DNA of 64,000 bases from Octopus vulgaris (lineage: Eukaryota): the NCBI GenBank assembly GCA_951406725.2, contig OX597830.1, forward strand, positions 53,320,001 to 53,384,000, in the 5' to 3' direction. Of this stretch, positions 1 to 13,316 are shown in pieces. The translations under genes and the position numbers were made by a program. The first letter of the stretch is position 1, and each line of letters opens with the position of its first letter. The notes beneath the pieces are model-generated. The model ran no database searches and was not told the DNA's origin. It worked only from the letters and a program-made list of their open reading frames with translations.

Positions 1-808
1 ACTGAGGACTGGTGAGCCAGAGGCTGCACCATGCTCAATCTGATCAGGCAAAGTTTCTACAGCTGGATGCCCTTCCTAATGCCAACCACTCCAAGAGTGT
101 AGTGGGTGCTTTTACGTGCCACCAGCACAAGGCCAGTCAGGCGGCTCTGGCAACAACCACGTTCAAAAGGTGTTTTTACGAGCTACCTGCATGGGAGCCA
201 GTCCAACAGCACTGGCAATGACCACACTCAAATGTTGTTTTTCACGTGCCGGTATGGTGATGCTGGCAATGATCACACTCGAATGGTCCCTTTCACGGGT
301 CACCGGCACAGGAGTCAATCCGTGGCCCTGGCAACGATCACACTCGGATGTGCTTTTAACGTTCCACTGACACGATTGCCAATCAGGCAGTACTGTCATG
401 TCATGGGCCATGTCAGCAATTTTGATTTGCTTACACTTGCATCAATAAGTCTTCGAAAGCAAAGTTCATTGTTCAATGAATGAGGGGTACTCATAAGTGG
501 GCCGGTTACACCCCACATTCAGATGTGCTTTTAGCGTTCTACTTGTATGAGTGCCAATCAGGCAGTACTGTCATTGGCCACATCAGCGATTTTGACATAT
601 ATTTATATATTCCAACAAAGTTGATTTTGTCTTTCAACATTTTGGGGTCAAAATATGTACTAGGGTTAATGTAATTGACTAGCCCTATACCCCAAAATTT
701 CAGGTGCTGCAACTGTAGCAGAAAGAATACATACACACACACACACACACACACATACATATATTCATAGTTGGCAAAGCTAAAAATGAAAATTATCAAC
801 AAAGTTAC

Positions 809-884
809 CTGGAGTGCAAACATTGCAACATGAGGATTATCAACAGCTAATTTCTTCTTGATTGCAGCCAGGGCATATTTGGGT
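809..884 (-). CDS. HGS: HGS/Hrs exon 3 (PKYALAAIKKKLAVDNPHVAMFALQ); gene continues beyond the left edge
   Basis: ttccag| acceptor and |gtaact donor; 76 nt, phase-compatible with exon 2; VHS motif IKKK...NPHVA. Confidence 0.95.
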
Positions 885-2020
885 CTGGAAAACAAAACGA
901 AAAAAAAAAAATGTTTAACAGAACATTACATTCAAAAAATAAAAACTCAACAGTTGGATCTTGACAGTAGAAAAATAACTAATTTTCACAAATCACTCAT
1001 ACCTAGTCACATTAAAATGCTTTAGCCTCAGGAAAACTCCAGCCATTTACTTCAGTTTATCATTTTCATGAAATTTCTAAATGTATCATTCACCAAAAGT
1101 TATATTTTTATAATTAAATATAAGGAACTGTATTAAAAAATTGTTAAAACATCTTGCATATTGTAGAAGTATAACAAATTTATTGCACATAAACTTTAGC
1201 AAAATCTCATATGGACCCTCAAAGGTTATAAGGACCCCAGTTGAAAACCACTAGTTCACATCAAAGCTGCATTGCATTCTATAGGAACAGATATGAATGT
1301 GTGATAAAGAAGTTTGCTTCCCAACAACATGGTTTTGGGTTCAGCCTTGCAGTATGGCACTTTGGGTATGTGTCCTGGGCTGAACAAAGTGTTGTTAGTA
1401 GATTTGCTTGATGGAAATTGAAAGCCCTTTGTGTACACTCATGTGTATGAGCGTGTGCACATTGTGTCTGTGTGTGTGTGTGTGTGTGAAATCTGAATGT
1501 CTCTCTTTGTCTTGACATCGCATAATAGTTGAAATAAGCGTCATTGCTACACAAATAGTATCATCCATTTCCAATATTCTGCAAAACCATGTCATGGAGA
1601 AATATTAGCTAGCTTGGAAACAGGTATGGTCTGGTGATAGAAAGGAACATACAGCTGTGAAAACTGCTTCAACCAAGTGGGACCAATCCATGCGAGCACA
1701 GAAAAGTGGACATTGATGATGGTGATGATGAACTTGAATAAGGGCTGTGGATTTAGCTATATTGGGACTGAACAGATTCTAAGAATAACTGAACTTGTTA
1801 TTGCCCAGTTGCAGATCAGACGTTCTCATTAACCTCACTTTTAACCGAAACTCATCACAGCAAGACTAGATGTATTTACATCTTTTTATCTTTTATTTAT
1901 TTCAGTCGCTGTACTGAGTCCATGCTGGAACACTGATTTGAGTTTTAGTTGAACAAATCGACCCCAGTATTTATGTAAATAAAAACATAAAAATCACGTC
2001 GGGGGTCAGATTTATTTATA

Positions 2021-2195
2021 GGCGTAGGAGTGGCTGTGTGGTAAGTAGCTTGCTAACCAACCACATGGTCCCGGGTTCAGTCCCACTGCGTGGCATCTTG
2101 GGCAAGTGTCTTCTGCTATAGCCCCGGGCCAACCAATGCCTTGTGAGTGGATTTGGTAGACAGAAACTGAAAGAAGCCTGTCGTATATATGTATG

Positions 2196-2242
<47 letters not shown>

Positions 2243-2443
2243 TGTGTTTGTCCCCCTAGCATTGCTTGACAACCGATGCTGGTGTGTTTACGTCCCCGTC
2301 ACTTAGTTTGGCAAAAGAAACCGATAGAATAAGTACTGGGCTTACAAAGAATAAGTCTCGGGGTCGATTTGCTCGAGTAAAGGCGGTGCTCCAGCATGGC
2401 CGCAGTCAAAATGACTGAAACAAGTAAAAGAGTAAAAAGAGTA
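2021..2443 (+). mobile_element. tRNA-derived SINE family A with internal (TA)n(TG)n
   Basis: ggcgtaggagtggctgtgtggtaag...ggttcagtccc head. Copies at 17841-18220+, 24349-24707+, 62812-63199+; head-sharing variants at 1285-1730+, 9600-9872-, 11022-11428-, 20706-20852-. Confidence 0.85.
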
Positions 2444-2456
2444 TGTCAACACTTAC

Positions 2457-2541
2457 TGTACATCTCCCTGTCTGATGCAGTCACAGATACCTAAAATAGA
2501 GTCCCAGTCTGGTTCTAATAGTAGCTGGCTTGTTGCTTTCT
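2457..2541 (-). CDS. HGS: HGS/Hrs exon 2 (EKATSQLLLEPDWDSILGICDCIRQGDVQ), VHS domain
   Basis: ttgcag| acceptor and |gtaagt donor; 85 nt. Close to the HGS VHS helices as recalled (DKATSQLLLETDWESILQICDLIRQGDTQ). Confidence 0.96.
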
Positions 2542-3386
2542 CTGCAATAGAAGGAAGAAAATAATTAGAGAGAGAGATAGACAGAGAGACAAATTTAAGA
2601 TTTCAAACCTTTACCTAGATTTCATAAAAACCAACTGTATAGGAAGAGGACAACACTTAGTGTTTATGTGTGTGTAAGAATACCTTTTGAAGAATGCAGC
2701 CAAGTTAAGGCTGATTGTATGAAACTTAAGTATAAATTTGAAATCCCAACACATACACACTTTTAGCACAACCATGTATTCAGTGCTAATTGATTTTCTA
2801 CAACACACACACAAAGAGACCTGATATTTGCTAATGATCTCAATTTCATTTCCATGACATGTTGAACAGGTTTATAAATTTACATATTTTATGATAAATT
2901 ATTGGAGATGCATTTATTTGCTACTTTCTTTCCAAACCGATTGCAAACAAGACAATAGTGTAGAGAAAGCTATAACATCACCCTTTCTCGCACATACAAA
3001 CTTATATAAAATATGTGTGTGTATTTTGGTTACAGTGATCATTACCAACATCGTCTTACTGGTACCTGTGCCGGTGGCATGTGTAAAAAGATTCGAGTGA
3101 GGTCACTGCCAGTACCACCTGACTGGCCCCTGTGCCGGTGGCACGGAAAAAGCACCCACTACACTCTCAGAGTGGTTGGCATTAGAATGGGCATCCAGCT
3201 GTAGAAACTCTGCCAGATTAAGATTGGAGCCTGGTGCAGCCATCTGGTTTGCAAGCCCTCAGTCAAAATCGTCCAACCCATGCTAGCATGGAAAGCAGAC
3301 GTTAAACGATGATGATGAAAGGAACTAAAATTACTTAATACCACAATAAAATTTGGATCAGCCTAATAATCTATCTATCTATCTAT

Positions 3387-3425
<39 letters not shown>

Positions 3426-6400
3426 GTCATCCCATAAATTATGGGTTTTTTTTTATACTTCTTTTATTTTTCAAAATCAAGTTCTTTTTTATTCTAAAAT
3501 ATACTCTCCATTTTCTACAATGGCTGGAATGTTATTAATCATAGTCAAAGTTAAACAAGTTCAGCAAAACACAATGAAATGTGCCTCAATTTTCTTTTCT
3601 CTGCATAAAAATACAAAGACACTCCTCCTCCTTTGTTGATGCTGTTGGGCTTTTATACCTCACTTGCTACAAACCAGCACCTTCAGGCCTTCATATCTAA
3701 TTTTCAAGCTTCTACAATGAGAACCAAAAGAATTCAGGAGGCTATCTAGACTTCAACTCCTGTAATTGTCTCAAAACACTAAAAAAGAAGAAACCATTAC
3801 ACAAGGAGTCGAGGTAGGGGTTTGTCAAAGCTCTGTCCACCTGAAACCTTTTGTGCTTGTATAAAGTCCAGCTCTATTGTAACTGAGCAGACCTCTGATG
3901 ATCCAACCATAGCCATCTAATCTGTTTAAGGCTATGTAACCATAGTATCTCATATGTCCTGTCCTGTCTTATATGACAGAAAGATACAATTTGGAATAAA
4001 TTTGGTTGCTATTTCTAGCTGGTCGAATGGCCATTAACTCAAAACTGTGTGTAGAGCAGAGAGCTCTGGAGAAGAGGTGTAGGGAATTCTGAGGATGACG
4101 AGTAGAACCAAAGTAGGAACAGCAAAAATTTTCAAGGAATTACTAGTGTATACTAACTCTTGAAATTACTTGGTGACCCCACTAATGCTAGTGGCACAAA
4201 AAAAAGATTACTCTATACACTCCATAAAGTGTGACATTAGGAAGGGCATCCAGCCACAGCAACCATGCCAAAGGTGACACTGGAGCTTGATGCAGTCCTG
4301 GGGCTCACTAGATCCTCTCAAACCATCCAACCCATGCATGGAGAATGAATGTTAAACAATGCTGGTAATGAAATGCACATGTTAAAGTCTTCTCTCTTCA
4401 TTATACTTCAAAACATCACAATTACTGTCAGCTTCTAGATCTTACTATCTATCAGCTGTTAGATTTTTCCATATCAGGGCATATAAATTATTCGACAATA
4501 TGTCAAAACACGATAACCAACAGAACCAGAATCATACAAAGTCTCAAGGTACGCTTTCACACAAAATGAATAAAGTAGGAAAAGCTAGTTCTGTGGAAAT
4601 CATGTCAGTTGATCAAAATCTTTCTTTGTCACAGCCATAGTCTCGGTGCACCAATCTCACCCGCTAAACACTTCAATCACACAAGACAGCTGGAATTCCA
4701 GGTGAAGGACAGGCATCTAGTGTCAATCAGCCATCTATTATTTTGTGTCATTGTTAAACTCTTGCTGGTTGACCTCTTAATCATCTTGACCTCCACTCTC
4801 AAGCTATCATTAAAGCCACCACCAGCAACAATAGCTAAATACATGCTAATGCGGCCAGTGGCATTTTATTACTATTCATACATGCTTTCATTGCACTACC
4901 AAGCACGGCTCTGAGGGTTTGGATATGTGCTGTGGTTTGCGTTGGTGTCATTTTTTACTGTATAAAGAGTACTCTACATTCACATGGGCTATGTCTAATA
5001 TGCCTAGAAGACTTTTATGTGATCAAATATGGTAACAATTTGGAAAATATTTAATGAAATGTTTGGATAACAAGTCTATCATTTAACCTTAACTAGAACA
5101 GCAATGATGTCGTTTGACTAGAATCTAGTTGTATGTCTCTGAAAATAACTGATAAATGATGTTTATGAATGGCTAATGGCGAAATATTTAAACAATAGTG
5201 CTGTCAGATTTTATTAAAGTGGAGGGGGAAGCAGACAGACAGACAGAGGGTACTGCTTCACAAGTGTTTAAAATGGGAACAGAAAGAGACTTTGGTGCAA
5301 TGAGCTGGGATAATCTGAAACAAACTGACAAGAGTTCTTACTTGCCCTTATAATAAAGGATAGTCCTAGACCCTGCCACACAGCCCACCCAATCAGCTTT
5401 CCACTATACCACCCCTGCTGTCATAATTCCTTCCCTGACAGAAATTCCTTCCATTTCCCTTGTTCTCTGCCATAGTGCTTCTCAATAAGTGACTCCTACT
5501 GTTACCATCCTTTGTAACTAGAAATCTGTTCCCTCATTTTCTTTACCTACATTCATCATGCTTCTCCTCTACCTAGAATCATCACCCACTCCCTCTTCTA
5601 ATCTCCCTAGTTATAGGGGCTACTTTATGCCATGAGCTTCACAAGTTACAAAGTGATCTTCACTAGTGCTGGGGCCACGAAAAAAGTACACAGTACACTC
5701 TGCAAAGTGGTTGGTGTTAGGGAGAGTATCCAGTCGTGGAAACCAGGCCAAAGTAGATGTTAGAGCATAAAAAAACAGTCCTTTGACTCATCTGTTCAAT
5801 TGTTTTAACCCATGCCAGCATGGAAACCAGACAGATGATGGTAGCAAGATGTTATCTCCTGACACATGGGAAGAAAGTAACTTCAAAAAAGATTTAACTC
5901 ATATCACATGACCAATCTTAACCATGCTAACATAGAAAGCAGATATGAGAGAGAGAGAGAATGAGAGAAAGAGAGAACTGGTTACATAACAGAACAGTTA
6001 AAGTCATTAATGTAATAATGGCTTTATATACAATTTCACAGTAGCAGTGAATGTAAGATAAGTGACTGCTGAGGAGTGTATAATACTTGAAACTATAGTC
6101 TAGTCCAGTGGTTCCCAAACTGTGGTCCATGGACCCCTAGCGGTCTGCAAAGGTAGTACCAGGGGGTGTCTCAGGCATCTAAAAAATTAAACTTATAAAT
6201 GCAATGCGAGATAAAATCGATATACCTCCTTCCCCACAATAAAGTTTACTGGACTGTAGTGATGTGCACTTTGGATAATACTGTAATATTTAACTGAGTA
6301 AGGCAGAGAGCTAGTAGAATCATTACTGCACTGGGTATAAGTGCTTAGCAGTATTTCGTCTTTCTTTATGTCGAGGTCAACTTTGCCTTTCATCCTTTCG

Positions 6401-7039
6401 GAGTTGATAAAATAAGTACCAGCTGAACACTGGAGTCAATTTAATCAACTTGCTCCTCCCTGGAAACTGCTGGCCTTGTGCCAAAATTTGAAACCAATAT
6501 GTATAGTGAGTGACCACAAGTGTGCTCTGGAGGGCCGTTAGGAGATGGGTAAGAGGAGTTGATATGAATTATTAGCAATGAAGTGTAAAAACCTATTTCT
6601 TTATTACCCACAAGGGGCTTAAACATAGAGGGGACAAACAAGGACAGACAATGGTATTAAGTTGATTACATCGACCCCAGTGCATAACTGGTACTTATTT
6701 AATTGACCCCAAAAGGATGAAAGGCAAAGTTGACCTCAGCGGAATTTGAACTCAGAACGTAACGGCAAACGAAATACCAGTAAGATGTAAAAACCTATTA
6801 TCTTGAATATATATGTGTAAACAACTTGATTAGCTGTGAGTTTAATGAGGGAGTTAGTTGATGCACAAAGAGAATAAATATTAACCCCAATGCCAATAAT
6901 CATTGTTACAGAAGTGCCATTAAAAGTGCTTGAGCATGATCCACTGGCTTGGGTTGATAGACTGATAAGGGTAGCTGAAACCAATAAGTTGGTCAACAAC
7001 TCTTTGCTAGGCAAGATGTACTAGAGTCAAAGAATCACA

Positions 7040-7700
7040 ATATCAATGCACACCACAACCACAGTTTGGTACAGAAGATACAAGACTGGGCCAAAGAAGA
7101 AAGTTAGTATATGATCATATGTTTTGTCACAAAGGATAAGGTGGGTACAGTAACTCCAGCTAAATACTATCACCTCTACAAACTTTAAAAGAAAAAATGA
7201 TATTCTATTTTGAAGGATAAGCTGAAACAACTAGGTTCCCAAATGAAACAGCAAAAATATTTCATAAGTACTTGAATTGATGGTTGGTGACTCTACCAGT
7301 AAGATGACCCAACAGAGCAGTTTAGTGATGATTCTGATATTGCTAGCATTACACCAAACTGCTCTACATAGAAGAAATTTTGTTAACTTATCACCTGTTG
7401 TAAGACTAACCAATATACAACTGTACACAGTTTGAAGGATTGGGAACAGGAGGCAGGGTTAGCAATCCAATAATTCAAAAACATTTCCTGCTATGAAAAC
7501 ATCTTGGATCAGGGAGGTTAGCTGATTCAAGATTGAAAGAATTAGGATCTGCTTGAAAGGATTGATTGCACAGGATAGAAAAAACTGGAAGGACATGTTG
7601 ATGATGGACAGGAGGACAATGGAAGGAGGTACATTGCTGGTCAATGGGTACATAAGACAAGGGGGAACGGAAGGACATATAAAAATGGTCTTCATGTTCT
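7040..7700 (-). mobile_element. Heavily decayed L2/CR1-type reverse transcriptase remnant
   Basis: Frameshifted motifs in the expected order: LLSIINMS...FKQ, NY..IAN, YQNHH..TALL, GPVLYLLY. Confidence 0.5.
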
Positions 7701-9947
7701 ATAGGGCAGGAGGAGGTGCCCTGCAAAAATATCAGCTAGAAATCTCTCTAATCAGCAAATTCTCTTTTATACCAAACAAAACAATTACAGTTCTATTTAC
7801 TTATTCACATCAAGGATCTGATGTCTCTTATGTACAGAATCTTTTATCTTCCATCATTATCATTTCCATTCCTTTCTACCATTCACTACCAACATTACTC
7901 CATCATACATACAAGAAAAAAACACCTGTACTATAAATAAAAATTCTTCAAATTTCTTATCACACATACAGAAATATTTGGGTGTACAAACAAGAGAAAA
8001 GGCACTCACTACATGCAATAGAGTATATTTGTTTAAAACTGAGAATTCACTTGGTCACTACTCCAAGTTTTTCTCATGTGCATTCATTCAGAGAACTTAG
8101 GATGACCAGTCAATTTCAAACACACACACACAGACAAGAGACAGACAGACAAATATCCTGAGGTTATTTGTTCAAGAGTATATAGTCAGATCACCTAAAA
8201 CAAAGTACTTGGAGTATCAATACTGAATGTGAACAAATTTTATTAAAACAGTGAATTCAAGAAAACAACTTATGTTAGAAATTATAACTATAAATAAGCA
8301 TTGCCACACTGCTGAAGTCTAGGTCTTTGGAATCTCAAATGCTATAAACTTGATAAATTATATTAATCACCATGTCACCACTATTTTTTTTTCTTCTTTA
8401 AATGCTGTTAATTGTAGGAATTCAAAATAGTTGGGTTTTTTTTTCATAGTCAAAATATAAGACACTGCAAAGGAGAACGGTGTTAATTATTTCAGTCAAT
8501 TCTATATTTATAAAACAAAATATTTTACTCTGTCATCTTAATGTACTATGGTTCTTTTAGTCTATATTGTTGCATTACCTAACAAAAGTCAAATTACATC
8601 CTGCCATCTTAAAAAAAAGAAAAAGCAACAGAGCTTATAGTCCTAGATAATGCAGTAAGCAAACATAGACAACCTTTCAGTCCTGCCAACCCTCAACACA
8701 GAAGAAGAAAGGACAGCACTTGGTTGGTACTCATTTTCAGCTGAATATACTGGAGCAACATGATATGAAGTAGTTTTTTCTCAAAGACACAATGTGCCAC
8801 CCATTCTGAGAATTGAACCCACAACCTTATGATCATAAGCCCAACTCACTAACCATCAAAGCCAAAAACTTCAAATCAGAGTTATATAGCAGTACTTTAT
8901 TTTCTGTCCTTTATATAAGTTGACAGGCAGTGATTTGAGAGAGGATTGTTGCTATATGTAGTAGGTTCCCTTGTTGGCTCCAGATAGTTTAGCTAGCTCA
9001 CCATAGAGTTGTTGGACTTGCGGGAGCCAAGTTTGATTCCTCCTACAAGAACAGCTACTATATGTAACATATCAGGTAGCATCAAATGAAAGTGCGATCT
9101 GTCTGTCATCAACTTAATAGTGCAAAAACTGGAAAAAGCAGATCTTGGAACTTTCAGATTCAGTCAAAAAATTCTCCATTCATCAATATAATCAATAAAG
9201 GGATGAATTGGCAGAGACTGGGTATTGGATACAATGTTTTCTGGCATTTGTTTTGACCATCTGTGCTCCAAGTTCAAGTCCTGCCCTTCATCCTTTCAGA
9301 ATCAATAAAATAAAATGACAGTCCAGGGTTGTGGATGGGTAGAATTACGAGAGCATCAAACAGGATGATTTGTGGCATCCGATCCAGCTCTGTGTTCTGA
9401 GTTCAAATACCACCTTCAGTCACCAGCAAAATAAATAAATAGCCATCTGTGTATCATTCTTAATGCATACACATTCCAAGAAAATTATCTGTGGTATTCA
9501 TCTGGGGATAATATCCTTAATAGATACAGTGTTTAAAAACACAAAACTACCAGTAGAAACTACGAAATCAACCAGCAGTAGCAGTGACAATGCTGGATGT
9601 ACATTTCTGCCTTGTTAGGCTTTGTCCATAGCATCTAGCATTCTTACTACTACTACTAGACAATTGGAAATGGACACTACCTGCATGATGATAGCACTCA
9701 TTTACAATTATCACACAATGTCATGGCAAGGAGACAATAGCATGCATGCACACACACACGCACACGTGTATATGGTGGGCTTCTTTCAGTTTCTGTCTAG
9801 CAAATCTACTCGCAAAGATTTGGTGAAACCAAGACTTTGATAGAAGACGTGCCCAAGTTGATATGCAGAGGAATACATACATACATATTTAATATCATCT
9901 AAATAATTACCTCATAATATGTGGAACTCTGTTAGTGTATGCACAGA

Positions 9948-10996
9948 ATTTATATAAAAATTTATAAAAGAAGATGGAATGAACAGGCTTTCATCACCAA
10001 TCACGATTGTTTCTGTGCAATGGTAACAGTTGTTAGTTGCTGAGTTTTCCATATACTACTACATAAAATATATAAATAATCAAATATGATCCAGCAACAA
10101 CTATATACTGGCATATCATCAGGTGAGTGACTTTGATAGCACTACTGGATCAGATTCAGTTCCCTATCGTTTTATACCCCATAGTATTTTTAGCATTTTC
10201 TCTATACTGAGTAACTTTGAGATTCAAATAAACGTAAGTTATAAAAATCTCTCTATATATAAAGCTGAAGCTGTCTGTAAGGCAGGTTTGGTAGCCTTCA
10301 ACTAACACTATCTCCTCCGAGACCCTGTGGCGCAAGTTGACCAAAATTGAGAGTATGCTAGAAGAAGGCTTGCTCTTCCTTCCATAGAAGAAAAAAATTC
10401 AAATCAGACCATGTTAACACCAAAAATTATTTACATCAAAAAGGTGCTTTTTTTCTATGAAAATCTCTATTTTTTACGATTTTTTTACTGCTGTGTCGCC
10501 ATTTTTCGGTGTATTTCAACCAGAAAAATGTTCACTTAAAGAGAATAACAAGCTACATAATGCAAAATTTTTACTTTTCAAAAATTCCAATTCTAAAGGG
10601 TCGAAACAAACCCGAGGAATGCTGAGCGATACTGCTAGTACCAAATAAAGTAATGACAGTAAAAAATTTTAAATATATAATTTGAAAAATTAGCTAAAAA
10701 TATGAAATTTATATTTCTAATATTTTATTGCCATTACTTTATTTGGTATTTTTACGACTTATGCCTATTCAAATCTATAAGTTGCTTAGTAGAGAAAGAA
10801 TACTAAAAATACAATGGAGGTATAAAACAATGAGAAACTGAACATGATCCAGCAGTGCTATCAAAGCCACTCACCTTATGACATATGGAAAACTCAGTAA
10901 CTAACAGCTGTTAGCATTGCACAGAAACAATTGTTGTGATTTGTGATTAAAGCCTGTTCATTCCATCTTGTTTTATAAATTTATAAATATATAAAT
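9948..10996. repeat. Large diverged inverted repeat (arms ~300 bp) interrupted by a Helitron
   Basis: 9948-10247 plus 10639-10683 is the reverse complement of ~10705-10996 (e.g. gatggaatgaacaggcttt / aaagcctgttcattccatc). Confidence 0.85.
10248..10638 (+). mobile_element. Non-autonomous Helitron (391 bp)
   Basis: Starts TC(tc)tatatataaag, ends ...gatactgCTAG, sits between A and T with no TSD; removing it restores the palindrome arm. Confidence 0.8.
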
Positions 10997-12986
10997 CACA
11001 CACATACACACACAGACAGACACTCATCATCAGCCTTATTTAAAGTCCACTTTTCCATGCTTGTACGGGTCAAATAGAATTTGCTGAGGCAGATTTTCTG
11101 TAGCTAGATGCCCTTCCTGTCATCAACCCTCACCTGTTTCCAAGTAAATTAATATTTCCCATGGCCAGACATGTTTTCCATGAAAGACTGGAAATGAACA
11201 TCGCTTGTATGATGGTGATACTCATTTACAATCATCAGTTGATGTCATAAGGGTACACATGAACACACACACACACACATCCGCTTCTTTCAGTTTTCAT
11301 CTACTAAATCTACTCACAAGGCCTTGGTCAGCCCAGAAGAGACTTTCTCAAGGTACCATGGAGTGGAAATGAACCCAAGACCACAGGAATGGGAAGCAAG
11401 CTTCTTAACCACACAGCCATGCCTGCATCTGTAGGCATACTGTGTGATTGCCTCTGAGCAAATATTTTGGAAGTCAAACATTTGTACAATTAATATTCAC
11501 TCCACTCTTCCTTACATTGATTCCATTTTTGAGTTTTAATCTTTTTGGATGCTGTGAATTACACACACATTATATGAATCCTTGTATTGCCCTAGCTCAG
11601 CTCTTATTCAGCAACCCTATAGTAGTCCAGCCACAACCATCCCATCTTTTTTTAATATATATATTAAGGATAACATTGGGTTTAGTTCCCCTTTCAAAAC
11701 TGTAGAGTGTAATTCTAAGGAAATTTTGCTGTTATTTCTAGCATAATGAGCGAATATCTTCTGATATTCATTTCCAAATTAGATTAAATTTCATTTTTGA
11801 CTCATCCATCATGTAATCCTCTCCCTCTCTCTAGCACACTCCTCTCCCCCCTCTCTCTCTGCAGCACACTCCTCCCCCTTGCACTCATCTACTCACTTTC
11901 CAAATTATGTCCTTCCTCCTGTCTTACCCCCTTCGTACTTTCACTTTATGTACCCCTCCCCTAATATATTTCCTCAACCGAATTTTTTCCGAATCTAAAT
12001 TGAAAATAGAATAAAAGAAAGGAAAGAAGAAAATAAAAATAACTCTTTCTTCCCAGTTGCCGAAATATTATATTACACACATTAATAATATAATACATTC
12101 ATACATATATTTCTCCATACACACTAGTTGCTTTTGAAAACGCTCAAAGACCCAAATACTCGGAGAACTACTACTACAGCATACATTTGATACAACCACA
12201 CACACACGTATATACATACATACACACATATATTTATCCACATTCATATTATGTGTATACACACACACACACAAATACACGGGGAGGACCCAAAAGACAG
12301 AGTCAATGATTAAAAATGATCAGGGATACTAAAACACAAACAGAAAAACCTACAATACATTTAAGTATGTGTGTGTGTGTGCGGGGGGTGGGGGCAGTTG
12401 TCATGGTCGGTGATCATAGTTGCGCTTGCACAGGGTTAAATACAAACTGCTATAGACAACAGCTAAGCACTTCGCCAACCATGTCATCGCTCTACATGTT
12501 CTCAACTCCAGACGGTCAAGCCCGCAGCCATATCCACCAGACACAACTAACTACACACCGTAAGTTCTTACACGAGGGCCTCACCCACCCTAAAAAAAAA
12601 AAAACAGGAGACAGAAACCGTCTCAATAGAAATGTGGGTATTTAACCTCAATAGCTTAAGATAATTGGCATTTGACAAAGGACAACGAAAATGAATGTGT
12701 ATGCGTGTGTTTAAGAATATACACACACACACACACACCTCCTACCCCGTTTCAACCCTCTCTCCTTTCTATGTCAATAAAAATCAACAGTTTTGCAGTG
12801 TGTATATGTGTACACACACACACACACACACACACAAGGATAACTGTTGTTTCGGTAATTAACTGTTAACAACAACAGAAAATATTAATTCTAAAGAACA
12901 AAGAATGGATGGATGTAAATATCTGCATCAAATCTTTGTATAGAAATATGAATGTTTAGCAAGTGCTTTTTTGACGTTGTTATTGA

Positions 12987-13026
<40 letters not shown>

Positions 13027-13277
13027 ACACACACGCAGCCTGCATTCCTACCCACTGTCGATAAATTTTGCCCTCCTACAGGTGAACGGATTCGGAGTCA
13101 TTCCTTATCCTGTGAAACTGACTTACAAATACCACATACAATAGTATGTACAACTACTACGATATCTATCTATCTATCTATCTATCACACACACACAATA
13201 CGGATGTGGATAGGAGCTGGTTTCTAACAAAGAAACGAAGCACCATCACTGGAATTTGGATAACAACAACGATAGTC

Positions 13278-13316
<39 letters not shown>

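Noticed and set aside
1-600. Regular ~55-70-bp repeats with variable inserts, superficially CRISPR-like
   Set aside because: These are internal tandem subrepeats of retroposon family B (also at 59450-59620 and 63450-63590). Eukaryotic context, diverged repeats, no cas genes.
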